A stretch of 63,926 nucleotides of DNA, filler included, from Intoshia linei (lineage: Eukaryota > Animalia > Orthonectida): NCBI GenBank assembly GCA_001642005.1. It is 7 parts of 7 records of this genome, joined end to end, with 100 filler letters (N's around TTAATTAATTAA, not from the genome) between each part and the next. Parts side by side here need not be neighbours in the genome. Positions count along the whole stretch, not along the records: positions 1 to 27,782 come from LWCA01000438.1; 6 more parts are not named here. The stretch is one strand, 5' to 3'. The notes beneath the pieces are model-generated. The model made no database searches and was not told the origin of the DNA. It saw only the letters and a list, made by a program, of their open reading frames with translations. The position numbers and the translations under genes are program-made. This document shows, piece by piece, positions 12,238 through 25,200 of the stretch. The number at the start of each line of letters is the position of its first letter. Within the stretch, counting starts at the first letter, position 1.

Positions 12238-15200
12238 ATGAACAATCCACAACCAGATTATAATCCAAGCAAAAAAGAAGCATTTGAATTTGATGATATG
12301 ACGATTCGGAGAGGTTTTTTGATTTAAATTAAAGATATGCTTGAAATAAAAGCTTTTTGAGACAAAATGCCAAAAATACATTTTTGAATTGGTGTACTAG
12401 TATATGAGATTGGAACACAAAAATTATGAATACTTTATATACTGTACATGCGGAAATGATGACATTTTTGGGAAATGTGTTTATTGAACACTGTTCAATC
12501 TGAAAACATTTCAACAGTAGACATGAAAAATTACCTCTCGTGCATACAAATACATGTATGTACTGTTTAATTTGAATTCCAATTGTATTTATTTTTTATA
12601 TTTATTTAGGATTTATTCGAAAAACATACATGATATTAACTTCGCAATTATTATTTACAATAGCCATTATTTGCATATTCATATTTGTGTAAAAATTAAT
12701 GCGTTTCATAATAAAATTAAAATTTTAGAAACCCTGTAAAGAAATATGTACACAGAAATGTATGGGTATTTTATGTTGCATTGTAAGGTGTCACTTTTAT
12801 CTTAATTTAATGGCACTTAGAGTATTTTCGATAATACTAATAATTATTATTGGATGTTGTACAGAAATAAGAAGAAAATTTCCATCTAATATCATCCTAC
12901 TTGCTGTTTTTGTATGTTTTATATTTAATTTGCATATTAATTTAATTTAATTACATTAATAATTGTCGTGTCACAAAACAGCGATATTTTAGAATTTAGT
13001 CAAACAGATTCATCTCTTACCTCTAACCCCTTCCTTATCAACCATCACCATTTAAATTTTTTTATTTTGTAATATTAATTGGTTATCATTTTTAACTGGG
13101 GTTTATATGGACTAATTTTATTATTAAAATTAGGAGTTTAAATGTTCAAAGTTTGGTGTACATAAAATACATTTTAACATTTATCTGGAGGTTTATAGAT
13201 TGAGCATATATTTCAAAGAAATTTAGTAAGCGGATAACTAAACTTTCTTCGAATCTAATGATAAATACAATTTAATTATAGTATTATGTACAGTAATTTG
13301 TGAATTATTTAGTTCTTGAGTACATAGCTGTTCAAATTTTTCTTAATAATTAACTTAATAATATATTATATTACAGTGGCGACTCTCCAACTCGGTCTAC
13401 TCGGGCAAAGCCCGAGTTGATATTTTATGTTTTGAAAAATTAGAAAAATATTTAAAAAAATAAAATATTTAATATTTTCGAGTGTTAAATTTCTTCATAA
13501 TTGTTAAATTAATTTGTAATTTGTAAATATAAACACAATTATATATTAAGAGTCTGAAATTCAGAAAAGATTATTCACTTGACAATCACTTGTAAGCGGA
13601 ATACAGTAATATCTCGATTTAGTCACGTTCGATTACTTAAATTTTAATTTATTTACGAATAATAATAATTATCATTATACTCGGTGAATAAAGTTGTATT
13701 AATACATACATCATCTACAATGTAGACAACATTATATATAGATTCTACATATAATTATATATATAATTATATAATAAGTATATTATAATATACTGACATT
13801 AATATTTAGACCTTTTTTGAATCCGTACTTTTGGGAACAATTTCCGGGTAAATTAATTAATTTATGTTAAAGTAAAATATTATATATTATATGACTATAT
13901 TCATAAAATACTTTGTACCAGAGCGTCAACCCATTTTATTCATATGACTTGAAAAAATGAACTGGTAGATTCAATTTTAGTGGTTTATTTGTTTGATTTA
14001 TTATATATTATTCATATTAAGTACTACAATTTACTATTATATTGTAATATCAATAATAATAAATATTTGTATATTTTCCTAAAACAATCATACATTATAT
14101 ATTTTTTAGGAGATACTCTACAAACATTGTATTAATGGCAATGGGTGTCACTACAGTAATATTTATTATAATTTTTAAGTAGTCATACTAATAGATTGGA
14201 AAATTTTATAGTCTCACATCGCTAGATAACTAAAACTAAGTTACATTTAAATTGTTAAAATGTGTGTTATTTATATTATTTTTTATACATTTGTGGATTT
14301 TTTACTTATATAAAATTGAATGTCTGCAAGTGTGTATGTGTTACCGTTTATTTTAAAAATTAACAGTCGTAGAATTAAAAAACACAATTTCTAATACAGT
14401 ATTCCCAGGACTTGTTTATATCTATTTTTCAGATTCAGAATTTGAGTCCTTGAGGGTCAAAAACAAAATTTTTCCTATTGTTTAAAAAAAATTTTTATTA
14501 ACACTTAAGCGGTTTTGCTAGTTTTAAAAATTATTTCAATAAAATACTAAAACTTAAACACGCATTCACAACAAAATTAAAGCCAATTACCCAATTAAAT
14601 TTAGTACCAAATACTTGAATAATATATAATAAAGTAGGTTGACTGTTATGCACTACGTACAAACAGGACCTAGCTTTGCCAATTTTAATATTTCTTAAGT
14701 CAAATTTTACCAGATTTACTAAGGATTTTAATAAATATAAAAATTATATTAACAAAGTTCTTTCAGTTTCGTTGTTTAGTTTCTATTTAAATTTGTATTC
14801 AAAATATTTTGAAAATAAGAATTTGAAATTTAAAAATTGCGTAGCAATCAAAAAAATTCCGAAGAAATGAATTATATAGATTTTCACCCATATTTCTTTA
14901 TTGGAAATGTGTAGATGTTCACTGCACATTTTTTTTGAACTTGTAGGATCAATATTTACATTTTCAATTTATATTTTAATCGAAATATTTGAAAAATATT
15001 GGTTGATAATATATTAAAAATTATTTTTTATTGGGAATGCATAAATTTCTGGGGTTGAAATTTTGTATTTATATCATCTGGAATAAGCACTATTGAGAAT
15101 AATTTTTTTTTTAATTTTCGCATCGTTAATTATTTCACATTTTTTTTTAATAAAATATTTCGGAAAAAAAATATACGAATACCAAAATGCTTTTTTGACC

Positions 15201-16598
15201 GTGAAAGCGTCACTTATTCAGATGAAATTTTTTTGTGTGTGTTAACAGGATACAACCAAATGTTGTTTTTTTTATTCAAGAATTTACTCATTCATTCAGG
15301 GTTTTATCAGGTCAGGATTTATTCATTATACATTATTTAATTCTAGGGCTGTTTTCATTAAAAAAAAAAAGGTCATTTGGGGTTTTATTAAAAAAATGTA
15401 ATTGAAATGTGGACTTTATAAAATTCTAAGCTTGGTAGTTATTTCAATAAAGTGGAACACACATACATATACAAACGAATATTGCGTAGCATATTATATA
15501 ATTAAGGATGACTATATTTTTTTATCTCAGTGCCGCCTTATCAATTTCAAATTATTGGAATGTGGTCTTATGTATGAAATGGGTTTCTCACTTCTGGTCT
15601 ACACCTTTCAAACCTTACAGTCGATTCAAATTAAGTATTAATACATATAGTATTAACACTAATATTGTACTTTAAAACAGTAGAATAAAAACTATTTCAA
15701 TCGAAAAGGTGATTTTAATCTATATGTTTAAAAATTTTATAAAAGAAAATGCAAGTATGTATTTATAAGGTGGCGTATCACTAAGATTTTTTTTAAAATA
15801 GCTAAAGGGATCTATGTACTGAAAAAAGTTGAGAACCACTGATTTAGAGAATTAATGAACTATATATGAAATGTATTAAATTACATAACAAAGGCATACA
15901 TATATGGTGTAGGAAATTGGCGAACTGTTGAGAGCAAACTATATTTACGTTTTTAAAATTTTAATTTTTTTAGGCTCTAGTTATAGCATTAACCATATTT
16001 GCTATGCAGACAAAGGTATCCTTTCTCTTATATATTAAATCAGCGTTTCCCAACCTCTTGACATATTCATACCAGTAAAAGTAAACATATTTTTACCGTC
16101 GGACAAAAGATGATTACTAAAATTAAACATTACCTCTATTACTTATTTGTTAATAGAATCTACCATGAGGAAACGTTGCATATTATCAATATTATTGAAT
16201 AAATATTCAATTTATTTTAATATAAATTTTAGTTTGATTTTACTGGATGGGCATGTGTGTTGATTATAATTACTTTAGCTTTAATCATATTTGGTATCTT
16301 CGCAATAATATTCCAATCAAAAGTAAAATCTCAATTATATTAAAATATAACATCTTTAGGTACTAAACATTCTATATAGTGTGATTGGAGCTATTTTGTT
16401 TTCATTCGTAATTTTACCAAAAATGTGAAAAATATAAAATTTTAATTTTAGTGGCTCATTTATGATACACAAATGATGCTAGGTGGAAAACATAAATATT
16501 CTTTATCACCTGAAGAATACATTTTTGCTGCTCTAAATTTATATGTTGATGTCATACAATTATTTTTGTTTATAATGGGAATGATGGGAAAAGAATAA
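12238..16598 (+). CDS. Lifeguard / TMBIM (Bax inhibitor-1 family) protein, 10 exons
   Basis: Exons 12238-12313, 12610-12688, 12729-12782, 12821-12911, 13810-13847, 14110-14155, 15974-16015, 16233-16322, 16360-16407 and 16452-16598 splice in frame. They give FDDMTIRRGFIRKTY, RRKFPSN, FAMQTKFDFT and YDTQMMLGGKHKYSLSPEEYIFAALNLYVD. Confidence 0.93.
14634..15508 (-). mobile_element. Non-autonomous Helitron-like repeat, both ends present, in a Lifeguard intron
   Basis: Minus strand a|TCCTTAATTATATAATATGC...CAGTCAACCTAC|t. Other copies end in CTAG|t (17361, 36811, 42312, 47401). Confidence 0.75.
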
Positions 16599-16670
16599 AC
16601 ATTATAATTACCAATGTACTGTACAAAATTATACCATGCCTGATACATAATCATAACTTAACTCTTAGAC

Positions 16671-17270
16671 CAGTAGTTTTCAACCTTTTTGTGTTCGCGA
16701 CCTATTATAAATATAAAAAATTTTCGCGACTCGAAATTTTTTTATATATACTCCAAACATAGCATATCAATTCACATCAATAAAATTATTAATAAAAAGC
16801 ATATTATCTTTTATTTATTTATTATACTGTGCTCATTGAGCACTGATTAGTTACTGATCATCAGTACAATGTATTATAATGCATATTATAATAACTACAT
16901 TTATTTTCTTTAATGTCAAATTTGAGGTTGCATTTTAGCTATCATTATTGATATCCTGAGCAGTGTATGGGATAAGGCAAGCATTATATCATGCTTAACA
17001 TTTAATCTGTTTATTGACTCTTTTATTATATGAACAAGCGTAGAAAATCCTGCTTCATACAGATTGAATTGACGGACATATGTTGTTGACGTTGTTGCAT
17101 ATGTTGACGGAAAAGATAGTAGCAATCTCAAAGCAATCGTAATTACATTAGCATATAAATCTATCATATCACACCAAAAAGTACTTAGTGGTTTTTCTTA
17201 GAAAATATTAAGTGCAGTGGAATTATTTATTAAATCTATTACTTCATTTTGTATTTTATGGGGCATAGTT
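16671..17270 (-). mobile_element. Buster-type hAT 3' end with transposase C-terminal remnant
   Basis: TIR CAGTAGTTTTCAACC at 16671. ORF LLSFPSTY...YEAGFSTLVHIIKESINRLNVKHDIMLALS. Confidence 0.75.
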
Positions 17271-17762
17271 TATATATTAAGTGAAGAAAAATATTTTACT
17301 TTGTAATACAGAATGTAATAATGTTTCCGTAACATTATTACTGTCAATATTATATTAAAACTAGGTTGACTGTTATGTATTACGTAAAAACAACACATAG
17401 CTCTGCCAAGGGAATATTTTTATTTTACCAAAAAAATAAATTCACGTTGAAAATATAATTTAAAAATCCTACCATTCACTATTATCAAGCATTTAAAGGA
17501 GTGGTTCCCAAATTTGTTTCAGGTGGAACCATCATATCATTAATTTTATACTTTAAAGTGAATTATTCCATCTTAATTTTTTGTTTGTTTACATTTGCGT
17601 AAATAATTTTAAAAACATGTTATCCCATTTTTTTTATTTATTAAACAGAATGTGCCTATCATATTAAAAATAAAGTATAAACAATTTAATCCTAAAAATT
17701 GTGATAAATATCATAAATTCCAGGAAAAATAAAATTATAAAAATCTATTTTGTCATTTTCAA

Positions 17763-20700
17763 TGTTATGACATATATTTAGTGTTATGATAAATGTAAGA
17801 GGATGAGTTAAGAGCCTTTACAATAACAAGATATTTAATTTAAAAATAATAACACGTGATAAATGTAAATAAACAAAGTAATCTTCATAGTAATCACATT
17901 GACATCACTACACCTCCCATACAAAGTCCTTAAGATAGGCAAGGGCGGTTCGTTTTCTTTTTTATGGTTTATAAGGATTTTGTTGTTTGCATACAATAGG
18001 ATCATTAAGAATATAATTTTTGGCATGATAATAATCTGATTTTTGTGATTTTCTATCAAAATTTCTCTAAACAGTAGCATTGTGAAGCTTCTTTGTCCTT
18101 CTAAAAATATTTTGAAATTTTTTTTCATCATTTAAATCATAACTAGGAATTCCAAAAACTATTTTAAATGGTGAATTTCCATTTTTTGAGGAAAGCAATA
18201 AACGCAGGCTCATTAAAACATAATGTATCAACTCATCCCACTCACTCTCATTATCATTGTTTATAACACGAAGTTTCTCTCTAATAATTCAGTTATATCT
18301 TTCTACAAGTCCATTTTCATGGTGACAATATGGTTCGGAACGAGATATATCAATATTGAAATTTTTTCTTAATTCATCAATTAATCGACAGTGAAATTGA
18401 CGTCCCTCATAATGTGTGAATAATTTTTGGAGGTCCAAAACAAGTAATAATACATTCAATTAGTGTATCATAAACAGTAATGGCACTAATATCAGATACT
18501 GCTTTGGCTTCCACCCATCCAGTAAAATAATCTACCATTACGACAATGTAATTATTCAAATTAGACGTTTCTTGAAAAGGTCCCAATATATCGACTTGCC
18601 ATAACTGATTAAAATAATTTAATTTCCAATTTTCATTGGACCAACACGAGAACAATTTTGAGATTTTGCCAGATTGCACGATTCATATTTTTGTATATAT
18701 TCCTTAATATAACTGTACATGTGTGGCCAAAATAAAGTCTTTTTTATTTCCTGAAAATATTTCGTAATACCTGGATGAGAATCACACAGAGAGTCATGGT
18801 AATGTTTTAATACATGTAATCTATCGCTATCAGGCACGAGATACAAGTTATAATCGTTTTGGAGAACATAAAGAATACCATTTTCTACACGTAATAATTT
18901 TTCAATTTAAAATACTTATTTGTTTCCGAAATGGCAGAAACACCTTCATTTATGTAGTGATATATCGCTATCATCCTAATCAAGATTCGAATATATACTT
19001 TTGATATAACTCACTAGTAATGTCTAACTGGCAGAGGGGTTATAGTTATATAATTGTATTCTGCGTGGCTAGGTTCGAATCAAGATTTCGACATCTTTTT
19101 ATTTAATATGAACTTATCAGAGTTCTTATCTACCAATCGTTACATTTTATTACCTTGTAAAATATCAACGTCTCGAAATTGATGTAACGAACCAGTGAAA
19201 TCTTGAAATGAAATTTCGTGAACCTTTGAGTCACGCGATAAAACATCGGCTGTATAATTTAGTCGACCTGGACGGTAAATTATAGTATAATCAAATTCTT
19301 CCAATTTTGATAACATACGGAATTGTCGATCAGTAAGGTATTTAGATGAATGTAAATTTACTAACCGATTATGATCTGTTATTACAGTAAAATGTTTTCC
19401 TAATAAATAATGTTTAAATTTTATCATACTATATACAATTGCATAACATTCTTTGTTGACCGTACTCTATCTTACTTGAGTAGCGGTAAATTTTTTACTT
19501 AAATATTCGACAGGATGTCCATCTTGTAATAATACCGCACCAATTCCAGGCGATGATGCATCACATTCTACACAAATGGTTTATTGACAATTGGAAGTGA
19601 CATTGCCGGAGCACTAGTGATTTTAGTTTTTATCAATTCAAACGCAATGTGTGCGGCAGGGGACCAATTAAATACTACTCCCTTTTTCAAACTGTACGTC
19701 ATTGGTTCAATAATATTTGAATAATTTAGAATATAACGACGTTGATAATTAAACATGCCTAATAAACTACGCAACTGTTTAATATTTTTAGGAGCCTTCA
19801 ATGCGTTCAAAGATTTTATTTTGTCTGGATCAATTCTCAAACCATCTATACCCACTATAAATCCTAAAATTGCAATACGATCTGAACCTATCGTACATTT
19901 ACTAGGTTTCACCGTGAAACCATGATCCTTTAATTTTCTTAGTACTGTTGAAATATGATGTTTATGTTCTTCTATGGATTTTGATGCAATAATGATATCA
20001 TTCATATACACCATAGTATTAGATGAACCATGGAAAACTGTATCCATTATACGTTGACACGATGTTGGAGCGTTCACGAGACCCTGAGACATAACTTGAA
20101 ATTGGTAAATTTAGCGACATATGTCGTACTAAATGCTGTTTTTGGTCGGTCCTTTTTACACAACGGAATTTGATAGAAACCACTAGTAAGGTCCAAGGTT
20201 AAAAATACACTGTTACCTGCCAGAAAGTCAATACAGTTACGCAAAGATGGGGGAGAATATGAATCACATATTGTACAGTCATTTAGTTTACGATATTCCT
20301 GGACTAAATGCTTTGACCCATCTTTTTTTTACAAAGAAACAACTAGAAAAAAATGGGCTATTGCTGGGTTCAATTATATTTTTTTCTACTAAATTTTTAA
20401 TCGCCGATTCATGTTGTTCTCTCAAATTAAACGGTAACAAATAGTGTGGTGATCGGATAACACTATTCTCTTTAATTTCAATTAAATGTTCACCAATCTT
20501 AGTACGACCTGGAATGTCAGAAAAAACTATATGGAACTTTTTTATAACACTAACAAATTCTTTAGAGCAAAATTTTAATTTTTATTGAAAATATATTGAT
20601 TGAACTACAATTTAATGAAGAAGCTTGTGCCTTACGTTCCAGTAAATTTTTCACGACGAATTCACGTCCTAGAATATTATTGGTATTAGTTAAATAAAAT

Positions 20701-21240
20701 TTTATCATATCATTTAGGATTGGAACCATGATTACTCCCTATACTTGAATAACTGAACCTTCAGCCAATTTTAAAATTTTATTTGTCGGATAAATATTTG
20801 TTACTAACTTACTAGATTTATATTCTTTATAATTGATACAATTAACATCTGAACCGGTATCCAAAATAAATCTTAAAATAACCTGGTTTGTATTTTTATC
20901 AATGCAGACATCCTGACACAAGGGATTATTCGTTTCCTCAACCGATCTGACCACGTAGGATTTTTGTTCATGTCTTTTTGGTATAGAGGTAGAACATTGA
21001 TTTGCCTTATGACTGTTTTGACGGCATTTGAAACAAGTAATCGAATTTTTTTAGTAGTGTTTGATTATAACTATTCCGTTGTACCTTAGAATCTCTCACC
21101 GAATCCCACTGACCTATCTATCAACAAATTTGCAATAAGTCGCCAAATTGTTGAGTCTATCAATAAATGACTCGATTGTTTCATTACGATCTTGGAAGGT
21201 AGTAGTGAATTGTTCTCGTTTGTCGGAAACATTTAATTTT
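17763..21240 (-). mobile_element. Ty3/Gypsy LTR retrotransposon, decayed and 5'-truncated
   Basis: Domain order is gag CCHC knuckle (CFKCRQNSHKANQC), protease LDTGS, RT (GLVNAP, YMND), RNase H (TDH, YRPG, ADVLSR), integrase (HPG..C, WQVDILGP). PPT GGGAGG at 17913-17918 is followed by a putative short 3' LTR, TGTAGTG...CATAACA (17912-17763). Many stops and frameshifts. Confidence 0.92.
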
Positions 21241-21836
21241 CGCCACAATAAAAAATAAAGGATAATTTGTGGTTTTCGCCCTTAAGATATAATTTTTTTA
21301 AATTTAAATATATAATAATGTTTATGATTTTAAAATCCGTATCAGCGTATATTTATTTAAAATCTCCAATTCGTTTGATTTTCAAAAAGAGGGACAACTG
21401 GGGTTTTTGACCCGTAAGNATAATTTTTTTAAATTTAAATATATAATAATGTTTATGATTTTAAAATCCGTATCAGCGTATATATTTTTTTAAATTCTTC
21501 AACTTGTTTAATTTTCAAAAAAAAGGACAATTTGGGTTTTTGACCCGTATGATGTGAGTTTTGGAGATTTCAATTAATCTTATTATTTATTATTATTTAT
21601 ATTTCATGTTTTCGTTGGGGTCCAAAAAAATAATATTTTTTTATTATAATGGGGTCCTTACATTATTTGAATCGGGAACCATTTCTCACGATACTCTATG
21701 GAAATATCAACGTATCTAAATCCAATTATATATCATGATTCATGAACCGCTTAATTAAAAAGTTTAAACAATTAGGCTGTAGTGCTCTTTTTGTTTAAAA
21801 TGATCATAAAACTATTATTTATGTAATAAAAATTAC

Positions 21837-22026
21837 GTTTATTGGATAATCTGTAATCGTGTGTTAAATCTGTCATTATTCTTCCGGAATCATGAAGAGT
21901 GCTTGTATGATTTCGTAACATGGCCTACAAGATGAATAAAGGATGAACGATGATTATAATATAAGCAACCCTTATATTTGCCAACCTCTGATCGATAGAA
22001 CCAAATTTTAAATTGTCATCAGACAT
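21837..22026 (-). CDS. First two exons of an unidentified small or coiled-coil gene
   Basis: Exon 22026-21970, a 45-nt GT-AG intron, and exon 21924-21837 read in frame: MSDDNLKFGSIDQRLANIR|AMLRNHTSTLHDSGRIMTDLTHDYRLSNK. The continuation was not located. Confidence 0.45.
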
Positions 22027-22283
22027 AAAGAGGAATTTTTATATTTAAATTACATTAGTTTCTGGAAAACATTCGAAAATTTGTTGGTTACAACAATTCA
22101 TTAAATGGTTCAATTCATTAATTATAATTGCTAAAATGAATATTGTCTACTATAGTTTGGATCAATGAATTTTTTTTGATTTTCACTTGATATCAATTTA
22201 TATTAATCAAATATGAGAAACAATCCGATAAATCTGAAATAACAAACAAAGGTGTTTAATGTATTACAAAATTACAGTAAACA

Positions 22284-25200
22284 CTAAGTTATTTTGAAAT
22301 TTTTGTAAAAATGTCTAACTTCATTGTATACCAAAACTGCTTCCATCATTGTAGCTACACTCCATAACTGAGAAGAACAACTATGTGGACAATACTAAAA
22401 ATGTCATAATAAATATGCAAACAATAAACCTCTCCTTGTTTATTCGTTAATTCAGGTACTCCTTTCCACTCAGAAGCATCCAAGTGTTTATGCCACCTGC
22501 TAATAAAAAAATCAACTTCCATTAATGCATCCACCATGTACTCCCGCCTTTTCATTTGAATTGAATAGTTTTTTGATGTTATTAATCTAGCCATACAATA
22601 GTACCCCGTCAACCAAAGCCATTCCTAATGTTATATTTAAATCTTGTCAAATAATACCGGCCCTTGGTGATAATTGAAACCACATGCTGTGTTGGTATCA
22701 CTTGAATCTTGCATGTCGTAAGAACCTCTGTAATCTGGATCTCTAGAATATGATATTATCATTTTATCTATACTTACGTCTTATCCAAAGTTTTAATCCC
22801 CAGAGTGCCTAATAATACTATTGCTGAGTAAATAACAGAGTTATAAATATGTTCCACGTCAAACAGATCAGTTGCCTAAATGTTAATTAATAATTTTCAA
22901 ATAAACATTATTAATCAATATCAAATTAACTCATAAAATTGATGCACATTTTACATAAATTCTCAACCCTTTAAGTCCGGACACTTTCAAAAAATGTTTA
23001 TTTATTAATTCCGAAATTTTAATTTTTTATAAAATAAAAATAACCAACTAACTTTGATAATTTTGAGGGTGCATCGGTTGAAAAATACAGCAATATTCAG
23101 TACCAACTAAACCTGAATGAATATTTACATTCCAGTGTTAATTTATTAGAAATCATGAAAATGACTCGTTTATTACTAATTTTAGATTTTCAAAACATTT
23201 CAATTAAAGGTCAATCAAAATTAAATTTACAACATCCAAAATAAGGTGGTAGAGTACCCGACAGGGTTTATCTTATTTTTTATTTTTTTCTGAAACGTTA
23301 TTTATATATTTGGATCTATTTAATGTTTCATTTTTATGTGTTTACAATTCATTACTATTGTAGACACTCTTAAATTGCTCATTTGTAAAGAATATAAAAT
23401 TTATATTATTTTCTTCAAAAATGATAAAAATAAACTTTTAAGGTAAATAAAATATATTTAAACTAAACATACCACCACAACGGCAATGAAAAAATTGGGT
23501 CTAATTTTATAGCTGGTAGCTTTGTCGTTTAATGTATCGATATACATACAAAATCGTTTCGCATAAGTAGGATGAAAGGTTCCAAAACTTTCTTCATGGA
23601 AAGATTCATTTGAACTGGAATCATCAGAGTACTCATCATATTCATATTTAATTTCTTTTCGTTGCAAAATATATGGTTCTTTATTATTATTAATTGCTTC
23701 AACGTATTCTTTCATTTCCGGTTCGTATGGTATGAAGAAATATTTTTGAAAATTTTCTTTTATTAACGCTGCCCAATCGTAAAAACTTATATAAGATGTC
23801 ACACCATGTACAGTTCGATTTACACCATTCGGCATTTTCCACCGACTAAGATCTTTTTTATTTAACCATTTTAAAGCGGAATAGCACAATCCTACGAGCT
23901 CAATTGAAGAACCATTTCTAAATATTAAAATATAATTATTAACAATATTGATAAATCAATTTTAATACTACCTCGGAGTGGATGGACGTCCCTTGTTATT
24001 TCCCCATGTGGATTCTCCCATTTTGTCCATCCAAGTCCCACAATTGTATGGATTGCCGCCATACACAAAACCAGTGTCCCAGTCAACGCCAGCTTCAATT
24101 TTAAAACCTTCAAGTGCCATATTCCGGTCCAATTGACTAAAATCACCGTTAGGAGCTTTTTCAGTGAATGAAATTCCTTTAGCATGGTTTTTCAATATGT
24201 TGATAATTCCTTTACGAATTAAATAAAACTAAATAAATGTATAACAAAAAAGTATAATAAATTTATTAAATTACATCCAATATGTTATCCGACGTCTTAG
24301 AGGTTTCATCATAATACCTTACAGAATAAAGCCAAAACCATGAAGCATCACGACAATTGTAACGTGTGTATTTTCCGCTTCCATCAATTAAATTTGGAAC
24401 TAAACCTTTATATATCACAGAAGCAAACGACATTAGAATATCTAGGGCAAGTTCGCGACGATTAGTTATCAGTAAAACGCCAGGAATTGAAATACAAGTA
24501 TCTCTACCCTAAAACTAAATTTAACCTTGTTTATAAAAAATAATACCCACATTCTAAAAAGTCCCGTTGTAAAATGAGGAAAACCAGCAGCAAGGGTTAC
24601 ATTACTTGTAAAATCTCTCTTAAACTTTTTCAAGTACTTTTTATTCGGTATCGGTAGTGTCGAGTCATGTTGGCATCCAATAAAAGAAACACTCGAAAAT
24701 GCCAACTTTTTCAAAAACACACTTCCGTTAGAAATTTTACTAAATTCAATAAATGATAGAAAATAATTTATACATACTTGGACATTTTCAAGGTAAGTTT
24801 CATTTGTAAAATCAAAACAATGTTTTTTATTATAATATCAAAATACGGCAGTAGCTGATGATTCGGCAAGGATTTTATGCATTCAAAAATACATTCAAAC
24901 CATTTACCCAACTATATTTGTAATTAAAATAAAACAAAAAAATTACATCGGCGCAACTTGTTCTTTTATTAAGTCTTTCAACTATATAGTCCAGCAACCA
25001 ACAACCTTTCAGAATATTTTGGCACATTGCATGTCCAATATCATTGGTTCGTCTGATTTTACATAAAAGTGATTCTATTCCCACTAACCCAGAAAATATT
25101 AATGGTCCATACATAGGAATATTGTAAACAGAGTTGTTTACAGTTTTTACGTCATAGGTTTCAATTTCTTTGTCAGCTTTGAATAAAATATAATTAAGAT

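Noticed and set aside
21290-21550. Direct ~130-bp duplication
   Set aside because: Junction coincides with an ambiguous base (n at 21419) inside a repeat; most likely a contig-overlap artefact.
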